Shown: positions 17,535 to 27,451, numbered from the stretch's first letter. The stretch: 64,000 bases of DNA from Minisyncoccota bacterium (GCA_036400935.1 DASWWW010000002.1:201529-265528); one strand, 5' to 3'. Notes: generated by a model from the letters alone, not told the origin. Numbers and translations are program-made.

Positions 17535-20333
17535 CTACCACTCGAATTTCTCAACAATCCCCTCAATAGCGCTCTTTATGCGGGTAACGATACCTCTTCG
17601 CTCAAGTATCCTTGGTTGCTCTGGAAGCAGATCAGCAACATCCTGTTCTCGAGGCAGCTTCTGGGTATAGAGGTAATCACCAATCAATCCTTCGATCTTA
17701 TCCACTGGAATCTTCTCATCGTGCGCCAATTGCTTTAGCACTTCAGATCGCTTACTCTGCCAGAATTCGCCGAATGCCTTTTCTACGTCGTCTGCCTTGT
17801 GGAGCTTGGGCAAGCTCTCTTCGATGAACTTCTTGACCAAGTCCTTCTTCTTGCGAAGTTGCATATCCCTATCAAAGATGTGCAACACCTCTTCAGTCTT
17901 TTTCTTTCGCACGGAGTCAGAGGTGATGTTCTTCAGTCCGGCAATAAGCAGGATGATGTAATCGAAATTAACGATGTCTCGGAGAGTTAGCTCAAGCTCG
18001 AAATCAATCTGGTCGAGGATAGACTCAGCGCCAGCATCCTTATTCCTACGCTCCTCATAGACGTCCAAGTACTTGCTCTGGTAGTCATAAAATTCCTGCT
18101 CGGTAATACCAACATCCTCAAACGAGAATTCAGCAAACGTCTCAAGTGATGACTTAATACGCAACAGGTCACGGAACGTCTTGATGAAGCCAGCTTTTTC
18201 TTCTTCGCTCTGTAATGCATCGATTGAAGCCAGTGTAGGAACTTTTTCCTTAAGCTCGTTCAGCTTGGCAGTAAACTCCTTCTTCTGATCCTCATAAGGC
18301 TTCTTGAATACTATTTCCTTTGCATTCTCATCACCGAATAGCGCCAACGCTGTGTCGGTAGCTTTCTTTAAGTTACGGAACGAGACGATATTGCCATGGG
18401 GCTTGTCCGAATTGAGAAGTCTGTTTGTTCGTGAGTACGCCTGAATAAGACCGTGGTAGCGGAGGTTCTTATCCACGTACAAGGTATTGAGTCGTGGGCT
18501 ATCAAAACCAGTAAGGAAGATGTTTACAACGATAACCAGATCAACCTCCTTGTTCTTAATGCGCTTCTGCAAATCTCGGTAGTAATCGTAAAAGCGATCC
18601 GTTGAGAAGTTTGTTGCATAAAGCTCGTTGTAATCCTTGATGCAGTCTTCTAGGAAATCGCGGGAGTGCTGATTGCCGGTCGTACCTTCGCCAGCAAAGA
18701 TATCGATATCGAGCATGTCGTTGCTCTCTTCCTCGTTTGCCTGATAGGTGAAGATGGTCGCTATCTTAAAGTCACTCGCTTTCTTGTTCTTGAATAGTGC
18801 GTAGTAGCGCTTAAGTACTTCAATGTTTGATACAGCAAAGAAGGCATTAAATTTGCCTGACTTCGTTTTACGCTTCCAGTCAGCAAGGATGTAGTCGGTA
18901 ATTTTATTCAAACGATCATCGCTTTCGAGTACCTCGCGCTTACCTACACCCTCGACAAGAGCTTCTGCGAAAATATCCGCATCCAGTGTGTCTGGCGACT
19001 TCTGTGTGTACTTGCCGACATACTCAACCGCAAAGCCGAGAACATTATTATCAGAAATAGCGTTCGTGATGATGTATTTGTGGAGACATGAGTCAAAGAC
19101 GTCTGCGGTAGTTACGCCGCCCACGTTGTTGTCAGCGAAGATGGGTGTACCAGTAAAACCAAAGAGCTGTGCCTTGTTGAAAAAGCCTTTAATGCGAGCG
19201 TGTGTCTGTCCAAACTGGCTGCGGTGACATTCGTCAAAGATGATCACCACCTTCTCGTCGGTGAGGTATGCAAACTTGCTGGAGTGGTTCTCGCGACCAA
19301 TGGCAATATCGAGCTTCTGAATGGTGGTGACGATGAGCTTTCGGTTTGTGTCAGCAAGCTGGGCTACTAGATTGCGAGTGCTGTCTGTGCCGTCCACAGA
19401 GCCGTCAGAGAAGGAGTTAAATTCCTTTGTGGTCTGGATATCGAGATCCTTTCGATCTACGACAAAAAGCACCTTCTTGACTTCAGCCATGCGGGACAGT
19501 ATCTGACTTGCCTTGAATGAGGTCAGGGTCTTTCCCGAACCAGTAGTGTGCCAGATATAACCGTTCTTGTCTGACTCTTTCACGCGCCCCTCAATAGTTT
19601 TTACAGCGTAGTACTGGTATGGGCGCAGCACCATCGGGATCTGTAGCGACTCAGCCAAGACGATGTATTCGGCGATCATCTTTGACACGGCGCATTTTTC
19701 CAAGAACGCATTCGCAAAGTCTTCAAGCTGAGTGATCTTGGTGTTGTTCTCATCAGTCCAATAGAAGGTCTGCTCAAAAGACTGGCGTGGATTGTTTGAG
19801 AAGTATTTTGTATTTACTCCATTTGAAATAACGAAGATCTGGATGTATTCAAAAAGTGTTCCAGTGAATGAATGCTTGTGGTAGCGCTGGATCTGGTTAA
19901 ACGCCTCTTTCATTTCCATACCACGACGCTTCAACTCAACTTGCACGAGAGGCAGACCGTTTATGAGAAGCGTCACGTCATAGCGGTTCTCATACCGGCC
20001 GGACTGTGTCAGCTGGTGAGTAACCTGATATTCGTTCTTGCACCACTGCTCCATATTGAAAAAGCGCACGTAGAAAGTACTTTCGTCGTCTCGTGCTAGG
20101 GCGTAGCGATCTCGGAGTGTTTTTGCCTTTTGGAACCGATCTCCTTTGTTGAGGTGGTTTAGAATGCGAGAAAACTCCTTCTCAGAAAAGGTGGTGCTAT
20201 TAAACTTCTCAAGCTGAGTCTGAAGGTTCTTAATCAGTGCGTTAGTGTCAGCCAAAACAACTGGTTCAAAACCCAGCCCTCCAAGCTGTTCTAGAAGCTC
20301 TTTTTCAAGTTGTTGTTCTGATTGATGGGTCAT
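17535..20333 (-). CDS. hsdR: type I restriction enzyme R subunit (HsdR)
   Basis: Track ORF 17535..20366; likely start ATG 20333 (MTHQSEQ) overlapping hsdS stop (ATGA). SF2 helicase motifs (TGSGKT, DECH-like FDECHRS), HsdR_N domain; AT-rich relative to flanks. Confidence 0.85.
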   Translation of the reverse strand: MTHQSEQQLEKELLEQLGGLGFEPVVLADTNALIKNLQTQLEKFNSTTFSEKEFSRILNHLNKGDRFQKAKTLRDRYALARDDESTFYVRFFNMEQWCKNEYQVTHQLTQSGRYENRYDVTLLINGLPLVQVELKRRGMEMKEAFNQIQRYHKHSFTGTLFEYIQIFVISNGVNTKYFSNNPRQSFEQTFYWTDENNTKITQLEDFANAFLEKCAVSKMIAEYIVLAESLQIPMVLRPYQYYAVKTIEGRVKESDKNGYIWHTTGSGKTLTSFKASQILSRMAEVKKVLFVVDRKDLDIQTTKEFNSFSDGSVDGTDSTRNLVAQLADTNRKLIVTTIQKLDIAIGRENHSSKFAYLTDEKVVIIFDECHRSQFGQTHARIKGFFNKAQLFGFTGTPIFADNNVGGVTTADVFDSCLHKYIITNAISDNNVLGFAVEYVGKYTQKSPDTLDADIFAEALVEGVGKREVLESDDRLNKITDYILADWKRKTKSGKFNAFFAVSNIEVLKRYYALFKNKKASDFKIATIFTYQANEEESNDMLDIDIFAGEGTTGNQHSRDFLEDCIKDYNELYATNFSTDRFYDYYRDLQKRIKNKEVDLVIVVNIFLTGFDSPRLNTLYVDKNLRYHGLIQAYSRTNRLLNSDKPHGNIVSFRNLKKATDTALALFGDENAKEIVFKKPYEDQKKEFTAKLNELKEKVPTLASIDALQSEEEKAGFIKTFRDLLRIKSSLETFAEFSFEDVGITEQEFYDYQSKYLDVYEERRNKDAGAESILDQIDFELELTLRDIVNFDYIILLIAGLKNITSDSVRKKKTEEVLHIFDRDMQLRKKKDLVKKFIEESLPKLHKADDVEKAFGEFWQSKRSEVLKQLAHDEKIPVDKIEGLIGDYLYTQKLPREQDVADLLPEQPRILERRGIVTRIKSAIEGIVEKFEW

Positions 20334-21559
20334 ATAAATAATTTTTGTAGCAAACCTCTTTTCCAAGTTTCTACTTTTCTAATTTGCAATTCTTTTGACT
20401 CGATCATTGCGTCGAGGGAAACGAGAAAATCTGCAATTTTGTTCTGCTCCTGTATGGAAGGAAGTTGCACTTTGGCTTCAGAAAAATATTTAAAACTTAT
20501 CATTTTTCCATCTCTTATGCCTTCAAGTTTGCTAATTAATCTTCCAATGTAAGCAGGGCTCTTAAAAAGGAATTTAAAGAAGTACGTATTTACATCGATT
20601 TTTGACCTTAGAACGATATAGGCTGGGCTGCACAACCCATCATATTCGGAGTATTCTATGCCTCCCTGAAACGATCTCAGGCTAATTATAAAATCTCCCT
20701 TTCTAACAACTTTATAGCCAGCAATGCCTTTTTCTGAAACTTGAACTTTGTAATTTATCAAGTAACGAGGGACTGCACCCTGATCCTGTGTTATGGCCAA
20801 AATTGGTAAATCCTTTTGTGGGTTCTTATTAGATATATTTTCAAACACTTCGTCACCATTTACCACAGACCATTCGGGAAATTCTTTTCCGTTGTCATCT
20901 TGAAAGCGGATTTTTTGAGAAAAAATTTTCTGTACCACATCTTTTTTGTAGTTTTCTAACGAGGTTTTCTCCTTCTTCAATAGAGAAAGGTATTCAATAA
21001 CCACGTCCAAAAAGGAGCTGATCTTTCTCTGTTCATCTATTGCTGGAACATAGATCTTATCTTGCAGTACATGAGCGTTATTAATCTTCATGTCATTCTT
21101 CGCACCCTTTTTAACTAGCGGTCGAAGGTACCGATTTGTGTTGCTATCCAGAGAAAAATAGTAATCAAGAAAGCTACCATGCGCTTGATTCTCTATCACA
21201 CCGTAGACGGCGTAGAGCGTTGAAACTATTCCCGTTTTACCTTTATTTACCTTTATTACTCCATAAGGATTAGCCTTTAATGGGCTTTTTGTATAAACAA
21301 TGTCCCCCGTATCTACAACATGGTAGTTATGTACCGATTTTCCAGCATAAGAGCGACCTAAATGCTCAACCTGATTGACAACACCCACGTCACCCGAAAC
21401 TGAGAGTACATCGTCTTTGGTGTACTTAAGGTCACCATTGCGCTTCTTGGACTCCTTTAGTAATTCACTTAATTTCGTATTTTTCCAACCATCAGTAAAT
21501 TCACCGAAACGTAATTCGGGTACTTTTATTTTTTGTTCTTTTGAAATGATGGCAGGCAT
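20330..21559 (-). CDS. hsdS: type I restriction-modification specificity subunit (HsdS)
   Basis: 409 aa with two TRD-like halves separated by conserved coiled regions; between hsdM and hsdR. Confidence 0.8.
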   Translation of the reverse strand: MPAIISKEQKIKVPELRFGEFTDGWKNTKLSELLKESKKRNGDLKYTKDDVLSVSGDVGVVNQVEHLGRSYAGKSVHNYHVVDTGDIVYTKSPLKANPYGVIKVNKGKTGIVSTLYAVYGVIENQAHGSFLDYYFSLDSNTNRYLRPLVKKGAKNDMKINNAHVLQDKIYVPAIDEQRKISSFLDVVIEYLSLLKKEKTSLENYKKDVVQKIFSQKIRFQDDNGKEFPEWSVVNGDEVFENISNKNPQKDLPILAITQDQGAVPRYLINYKVQVSEKGIAGYKVVRKGDFIISLRSFQGGIEYSEYDGLCSPAYIVLRSKIDVNTYFFKFLFKSPAYIGRLISKLEGIRDGKMISFKYFSEAKVQLPSIQEQNKIADFLVSLDAMIESKELQIRKVETWKRGLLQKLFI

Positions 21560-21562
21560 GGC

Positions 21563-23140
21563 TTAGAAAGGTTTATCTATCTTCAGTTCATCACAAAACT
21601 CAGCAATTCTATTCTGCAAGTTAACTTCCACTTTTCTCATTTCCTTTAATTCCGAAGCGATCAAACCTATATCAATATTTTCTACTTCTTCAAAAGTATC
21701 AACATATCTTGGAATATTGAGGTTATATTCATTAGACTTTATTTCTTCGAGAGTGGCTCGATGGGAGTAGCGTTCAATTTCTTGTCTATTTTTGTATGTA
21801 TCAAAAATCTTTGAAATATTTGCATCACTTAAAACATTTTGACTCTTTCCCTTTATGAAATCCGATGACGCATCAATAAACAAAACATCATCGTCATCCT
21901 TACGACACTTCTTTAAGACCAAAATCATTGTAGGAATACCCGTGCCGTAAAATAAATCGGGTGGTAAACCTATAACAGCATCAAGGTAGTTTTGTTTTTC
22001 AATTATATATTGTCTTATCTGAGCCTCAGCGCCCGATCGGAACAAGGCGCCATGCGGTAATACAATCGCCATTGTCCCGTTATCAGCAAGGTGATAGAGC
22101 ATATGGGTAACAAAGGCATAATCTGCTGCACCTTTTGGAGCTAGTCTTCCATACTGAGAAAATCTATCGTCATGTACCAGTTGAGGGTCAGTATCACCCT
22201 TCCACTTCGCTGAAAAGGGCGGATTAGCCACCACAGCCTCGGCTTTGAGTTCTGGCAGTAGATCTTCAGTAAGAGTGTCTCCGTTTTTTATCTTAAAGTG
22301 GTCAAAGTGAACTCCGTGCAAAATCATATTCATACGACCAAGATTGTAGGTCGTGGGGTTGAGTTCCTGTCCAAAATAGCTAGTTACTTCGACATAGTCT
22401 TTAAGTCGAAGCAACAGAGATCCGGAACCACAAGTGGGGTCGTAAACGGTTTTGATACGTTTCTTTCCAACGGAAACTATTTGAGCTAGCAGGCGCGATA
22501 CCTGCGCTGGGGTGTAAAATTCGCCACCTTTCTTACCGGCTCCTGCAGCAAATTCGCCGATAAGATATTCGTAAGCGTCACCAAGCAGATCACTCTTTGA
22601 GTCTTCGAGTTTGAAATCAATGCCGTTAAGGTGCGCTAAGACTTCAACAATAACCGCATTCTTTTTCTGTTCGGTTGAACCGAGTTTAGAAGAAGTAAGG
22701 TCTACATCATCGAAAAGTCCCTTGAAGTCGTCCTCACTAGCAGTACCCATAGAGGTCTGCTCGATGGAGTTGAGTATGTTTTTAAGATCCTCCAAAATAA
22801 ACGACTCTTCTCCTTGGACGTTTCCTTTCCCCTTATTTACGAGATAAGAAAATAGTTGTGTCGGTTTAAGGAAGAAGCCAAGATGGTCAATACAACTTTC
22901 TCTAATATGCTCGATATATTCTTTACCTTCTTTTGATTTTTCTTTTATCTCAGCAAAACTAAAATCCTCTCTAGCCAGCAACTTTTCGTCTACATAGCGT
23001 TCCAGCTTTTCAGACAAGTATTTATAGAAAATAAAGCCGAGAATATAGTTCTTATATTCATCCGCGTTCATCTTGCCGCGTAGCACATTTGCTACCGCCC
23101 ACAATTGTTTTTCGAGTAATCGCTTTTGTTCGTCAGACAT
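21563..23140 (-). CDS. hsdM: type I restriction-modification N6-adenine DNA methyltransferase (HsdM)
   Basis: 525 aa; HsdM_N domain, AdoMet motif (DPTCGSGSLL) and catalytic NPPF (VVANPPFSAKW). Confidence 0.85.
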   Translation of the reverse strand: MSDEQKRLLEKQLWAVANVLRGKMNADEYKNYILGFIFYKYLSEKLERYVDEKLLAREDFSFAEIKEKSKEGKEYIEHIRESCIDHLGFFLKPTQLFSYLVNKGKGNVQGEESFILEDLKNILNSIEQTSMGTASEDDFKGLFDDVDLTSSKLGSTEQKKNAVIVEVLAHLNGIDFKLEDSKSDLLGDAYEYLIGEFAAGAGKKGGEFYTPAQVSRLLAQIVSVGKKRIKTVYDPTCGSGSLLLRLKDYVEVTSYFGQELNPTTYNLGRMNMILHGVHFDHFKIKNGDTLTEDLLPELKAEAVVANPPFSAKWKGDTDPQLVHDDRFSQYGRLAPKGAADYAFVTHMLYHLADNGTMAIVLPHGALFRSGAEAQIRQYIIEKQNYLDAVIGLPPDLFYGTGIPTMILVLKKCRKDDDDVLFIDASSDFIKGKSQNVLSDANISKIFDTYKNRQEIERYSHRATLEEIKSNEYNLNIPRYVDTFEEVENIDIGLIASELKEMRKVEVNLQNRIAEFCDELKIDKPF

Positions 23141-23141
23141 A

Positions 23142-23324
23142 TTATTTGGTGCTTGCCCGCTTAAGGAAGGCGTCGAACTCAGCCTTGTCTATTCTAAATT
23201 CCTTACCAATCTTATATGCCTTCAATTTACCCGCTTTGATATAGCGATAGATGGTCATTATGTTAACGCCCAATTTCTCCGCAAGATCCTGCGCTGTATA
23301 AAATTCCTTACCAGACATAGGCAA
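23142..23324 (-). CDS. helix-turn-helix DNA-binding protein (excisionase/MerR-like)
   Basis: 60 aa; YTAQDLAEKLGVNIMTIYRYIKAGKLKAYKIG; 1-nt spacer to hsdM start. Confidence 0.7.
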   Translation of the reverse strand: MPMSGKEFYTAQDLAEKLGVNIMTIYRYIKAGKLKAYKIGKEFRIDKAEFDAFLKRASTK

Positions 23325-23415
23325 AGTATACTTTACAATTCTTTACACAGCAAACGGAGTGTTGCCGACCTGTGGATACAAGCCCTTTCCAAGTTTGCCG
23401 TTATTTTGCCGTTTT

Positions 23416-23913
23416 TTATTCAGCCTTTCGGTAGATCTTCTTGCCGTCGAAGATAACCTCTTCAACTTTCCAAGCACCCATATCGTCTACGTCACCACCA
23501 GTAAAAATCATGATCGTACTCCAGTTGGAACGGATCATCGCACCATAGCTATTTTGACTATCTACACACGACACCACCTTCCATCGGTTATCTCCAAGAT
23601 CAGTTGCTATGCTAGAGCAAAAATCTGCGGTCGATGGCGACTCAAGAAGTTTCTCAATATAGAACTCGGAGAACGACCTAGCAGATAGTTCGTAACTATA
23701 TGCTGATGGTGGTTCTGGCACTCGAGGACTCGACGGAACTATTGCTGCCGTAAAGATGCTAGTAAAAATTCCTATGCCGAATAGTACAAATACTACTTTT
23801 ATTATTGGCGACATAGGCTGCGGCAATTTGCTTCCGCAATGCGAACACTTCTTTGCCTTAGGGTCTACTTCTGCCAGACACTGAGGACATTTCTTCGTTG
23901 GGGTTTTATCCAT
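23416..23913 (-). CDS. zinc-ribbon membrane protein (hypothetical)
   Basis: 165 aa; N-terminal CPQC...CSHC zinc ribbon, one TM helix, C-terminal extracytoplasmic domain. Confidence 0.5.
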   Translation of the reverse strand: MDKTPTKKCPQCLAEVDPKAKKCSHCGSKLPQPMSPIIKVVFVLFGIGIFTSIFTAAIVPSSPRVPEPPSAYSYELSARSFSEFYIEKLLESPSTADFCSSIATDLGDNRWKVVSCVDSQNSYGAMIRSNWSTIMIFTGGDVDDMGAWKVEEVIFDGKKIYRKAE

Positions 23914-24098
23914 AAATAATTAGCCAGCTAATAAGGCTGGCGTGGGGTTCAGTGTCTTCGTTGGGGTTTCCCGACCATATCCTTTGGAAAACAAAGGGGT
24001 TAGGTCGCTGGTCTTTCGGCCAGATATTCAATTGTGGCAACAGTGACAAAAACCACTGCTGTAGTCCTATTTTAGCTTAAAAGAAGGCTTTTGATAAG

Positions 24099-26810
24099 TT
24101 ACGGAGCGAGTCTTGACGATAGAAGCCCCACATCTTCAGTACTATCGACTTTTTGGAAACTAGCCAAGACTTTCTTTTCGGCTTCAGGCGTCCAATATAT
24201 TTTTAAGTTTTCTTTAGCTCTGGTTATAGCTGTATAGAAAATGTTATGTGTAATCATTTCTTCAGTCTCGCTCGTAATTACGATTTTCACCGAGCCATAC
24301 TCTAGGCCTTGAGCCTTGTGGATTGATACAGCATAAGCAACCTGAAATGGAACCACCGAGTCGAGTGGTTCGTCGTCTTCATCAGAGTCGCCTTGATCAT
24401 TAACTATAAAGCGCACTATCGAATTTCCGCTTTCTGCATTTCCAACCAGCTCAAAATCATAGCCCGATGCCTGCAGTTCGTTTATGGCCTTATCGATCTC
24501 AATATCAAATTGGATCTGATGTTCAGACTTATCTATGGCGACAATTCGACCCTTCAAGTTGTTATAGATTATGGGCGCGAACCTCTCCGTCTCGTTAAAC
24601 AAAATCGGATCACCAACTTTATAGGTCTGTATACCCCAATCAACTGCTGGACTGTTGTTGTTGCTCTGTAGGAATTTGTTGAGGTTATTTATGCCGTACA
24701 AACCATCGTAGTTTAAACAGAGAATTATTTCGTCATCTTTAAGATCTCCAAAAATAGACTCATTTAAAACAGTGGTGTACCCATTCCTCGTCATGATTTC
24801 CAAGATGTTGTCCTTAAGGTTTCTGACTCTGTTCCAAAATTCAATCAACTCTTCGTTAGTAGTTCTATAAGGGACTGTGAGTTCAGATACCGCAGTCTTT
24901 GGTACGAAGTATCGAGCGACGTTAAACCAGTTTCCAAATATTATTGACTCAATCTGGAATACATCACCCACCAGTATGAGAGTCTTAAATTTTGCCTTAT
25001 TCAGCACATCGATCATGTCAGTGTTACTCACCGTACTGCACTCATCGATAACAAGGAGGTCATAGTCAGTGTCAGTATTCCTGTCCGACAGAAATTTCGT
25101 AATAGTTTGGAACGTACAGTTAGCCGCAGTTACTTTTCTTTTCAGGTTATCAACCGCCGGATTAGTATTCGCTAAATAGAGCTTGTTGTTGTCGTTAAAG
25201 AAATTCGATATGTGGTTTATGAGCGTAGATTTTCCTGTTCCAGCAGCACCGTATATCAAAGCCACTTCGGAGTCAGCAAACAGTTGTCTCAAGATCCTTT
25301 CCTTGTCCTCGCAGTCGATCTGATAGGCGGTCGATTTTAGCCATGAGTCTACAGAGTTTGAGTAGTTGCTTATGCCACCACATGAAAGCTCCTTGAGCCT
25401 CTTGATGATATCTAAGGTGTCTTTCTCATAACCATTTATGTAAATAAAATCCTTAAAGTTCTCCAACTTGCGATGATTGTGCTTGGGAAGATACAGCTCA
25501 CCATTGTAGGTCGTCATCAATGACTCAACCTCTTCTTTAGTTTTAGATAAATCGCTCAGGGGCGTATACAGTTTTCCTTTGTTTTCAGTATTGTTCCTTA
25601 TCAATCTTGCAAAAAGTTCATGCTTTCGATCAGTGGCATCAATACACTCGAAAACATCCGATATCTTCGGATTGTGTCCTATCAACGAGGAATTGAAGGG
25701 CATCTTATCGAACGGCTTACAGCCAAGGTTGAAATTTAAATCATTTCGAAGTTTATAGCCGTTATAGCGGCAACGCTGCATTTTTATAATCCTATTGTTC
25801 AAGGAACGAAGTAGGTATCTCACTACATTTGTACCGACTTCGTTGTTTTTGATCAGAGATTTTGCTTTATCCAAGACAGGTAGAAAATTCACCGCCTGTA
25901 CACCTTGGATAATACGGATTTTTGCGGCGTCATAGTACTCATCTGAGAGATCGATAAGTTCAACAAGACTCAAATCAGTCTCTGTTAAGAAACTCATCAG
26001 GTTTTTATACTCGGCATGTGTTGTTTGAATATTTATGTCCTCATCTAAAATACGAGCAAAGTTGTTAAGCTCGCAAGGTCGTATTGAAACCTCCCATTTA
26101 TCAATAATTTGAATGGGCATTTTTTTGCCCAAGACCTCAATGTCGTCGTGGATTATCGAAAACTTAACAGCGTAATTGTCTGAAATATCTAGCTTGGTAA
26201 AAGCGATGACACGATCAAACTTACCAACCCTTGCACTCGCAATTGTAAAAGTGACTTCGTAATATATCTCGTGGTTAACAAAAAATGGCTTGATCTTCTG
26301 GATGTAGTACCGATCCTTGTAAGAACTTACTTTTCTTGCCTTTGTTGGGTGTTCGATCTGCTCAACTATCTTTGCGTAATATTCCTGCAACGCAGGGTCG
26401 GTATTGATAGGAAATTTATCAATATTACCTAAAACCTCTAGACCATAGGTGTGCTTCAGGCGCGATTTGATCCTGAGCAGATACTCGTAATACTTCAGCA
26501 TCAAACGTTCAGAATTTTCTTCGCTTTGCGTATAGTGCGAAGCAACACCTTGCAGAAAGTTGTGAAATCTTCTCAAAAACCCCAGCTTCCCACTCGGCTG
26601 CAATTTATTTGGGGCATTTATTAATCCATCCGGTGTAATCTCAACATCTTGGCCGTTAGCTCCTTCTTTTAGGGCTATATGCTCAACAAAGTTTCTGAGC
26701 TGGGAGAGAATGTTCTGCGACAAAAGACCTCTTTCAGAGGCATGGAATTTATCGATATTTTTACAGATGGCTGTATTGATAGTAAGTATCGCATCGTCGA
26801 TCTTGCTCAT
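24099..26810 (-). CDS. SF1 RecD/TraA-like DNA helicase with ~490-aa uncharacterised N-terminal region
   Basis: 903 aa; Walker A LIYGAAGTGKSTL (~res 500), Walker B LLVIDECS, C-terminal UvrD_C_2-like motif VSIHKAQGLEYGSVKIV...FYTAITRAKENLKIY; N-terminal half has no recognisable motif; very AT-rich. Confidence 0.75.
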   Translation of the reverse strand: MSKIDDAILTINTAICKNIDKFHASERGLLSQNILSQLRNFVEHIALKEGANGQDVEITPDGLINAPNKLQPSGKLGFLRRFHNFLQGVASHYTQSEENSERLMLKYYEYLLRIKSRLKHTYGLEVLGNIDKFPINTDPALQEYYAKIVEQIEHPTKARKVSSYKDRYYIQKIKPFFVNHEIYYEVTFTIASARVGKFDRVIAFTKLDISDNYAVKFSIIHDDIEVLGKKMPIQIIDKWEVSIRPCELNNFARILDEDINIQTTHAEYKNLMSFLTETDLSLVELIDLSDEYYDAAKIRIIQGVQAVNFLPVLDKAKSLIKNNEVGTNVVRYLLRSLNNRIIKMQRCRYNGYKLRNDLNFNLGCKPFDKMPFNSSLIGHNPKISDVFECIDATDRKHELFARLIRNNTENKGKLYTPLSDLSKTKEEVESLMTTYNGELYLPKHNHRKLENFKDFIYINGYEKDTLDIIKRLKELSCGGISNYSNSVDSWLKSTAYQIDCEDKERILRQLFADSEVALIYGAAGTGKSTLINHISNFFNDNNKLYLANTNPAVDNLKRKVTAANCTFQTITKFLSDRNTDTDYDLLVIDECSTVSNTDMIDVLNKAKFKTLILVGDVFQIESIIFGNWFNVARYFVPKTAVSELTVPYRTTNEELIEFWNRVRNLKDNILEIMTRNGYTTVLNESIFGDLKDDEIILCLNYDGLYGINNLNKFLQSNNNSPAVDWGIQTYKVGDPILFNETERFAPIIYNNLKGRIVAIDKSEHQIQFDIEIDKAINELQASGYDFELVGNAESGNSIVRFIVNDQGDSDEDDEPLDSVVPFQVAYAVSIHKAQGLEYGSVKIVITSETEEMITHNIFYTAITRAKENLKIYWTPEAEKKVLASFQKVDSTEDVGLLSSRLAP

Positions 26811-27010
26811 ACTTTACAATTATATACATTTTCCCTCTAAAAGCAGAGGGAGGCGCTTATTAACGAGAAAGCGCGATCAGGCCGTTGATCGTATTGAAAT
26901 GGTACTGCGCATCGGGGTAAATAGTAGACCATTCGTAGGTTCGAAATGCGTCCCTCCATGCGAGCTATCTCACTCGCAGAATTCCGAATCTATAATCACC
27001 GAAGAAGCAG

Positions 27011-27436
27011 TCAGTAGTTATCAGTCAAACAGCGCAAAATCCTCCCCAAGACCCTCTCCGGCCTCTTCTTCAAATCATGCTCCCAGATGCGCACGACTTT
27101 CCAGCCCATGCGGCGCAGGGCCCTGTTGTTGCGGATATCGCGGCGCATATTGGCCTGAATCTTTGGCAGCCAGTACTTTTTGGACAGCTTGCTCTGCCCT
27201 TTCCGGAGCTTGTACCCATGCCAGAAATCGCCGTCGACGAACACGGCCAGGCGCCTCTGTACGAAAACAATGTCGGGACTGCCGGGAATCTTGCGATAGT
27301 GCAGACGGTACCTGTAGCCGAGCGGATAGAGCGCCGCGCTGACGAGCTTGCGCAGGGCGATCTCGGGCTTCGTATTCTTGGACCGGATCGCGGCCATGAC
27401 CAGGCTGCGCTTTTCCTTTGTAAAAATGTCGACCAT
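27011..27436 (-). CDS. vsr: very short patch repair endonuclease (Vsr)
   Basis: 141 aa; KPEIALRKLVSAALYPLGYRYRLH...PDIVFVQRRLAVFVDGDFWHG...VVRIWEHD typical Vsr motifs. Confidence 0.8.
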   Translation of the reverse strand: MVDIFTKEKRSLVMAAIRSKNTKPEIALRKLVSAALYPLGYRYRLHYRKIPGSPDIVFVQRRLAVFVDGDFWHGYKLRKGQSKLSKKYWLPKIQANMRRDIRNNRALRRMGWKVVRIWEHDLKKRPERVLGRILRCLTDNY

Positions 27437-27451
27437 GCGGACCGCTCGTAG

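Noticed and set aside
26925-26965. Possible tRNA gene or fragment (GGTTCGAAA T-loop-like)
   Set aside because: Could not form T-stem, acceptor stem or anticodon arm on either strand.
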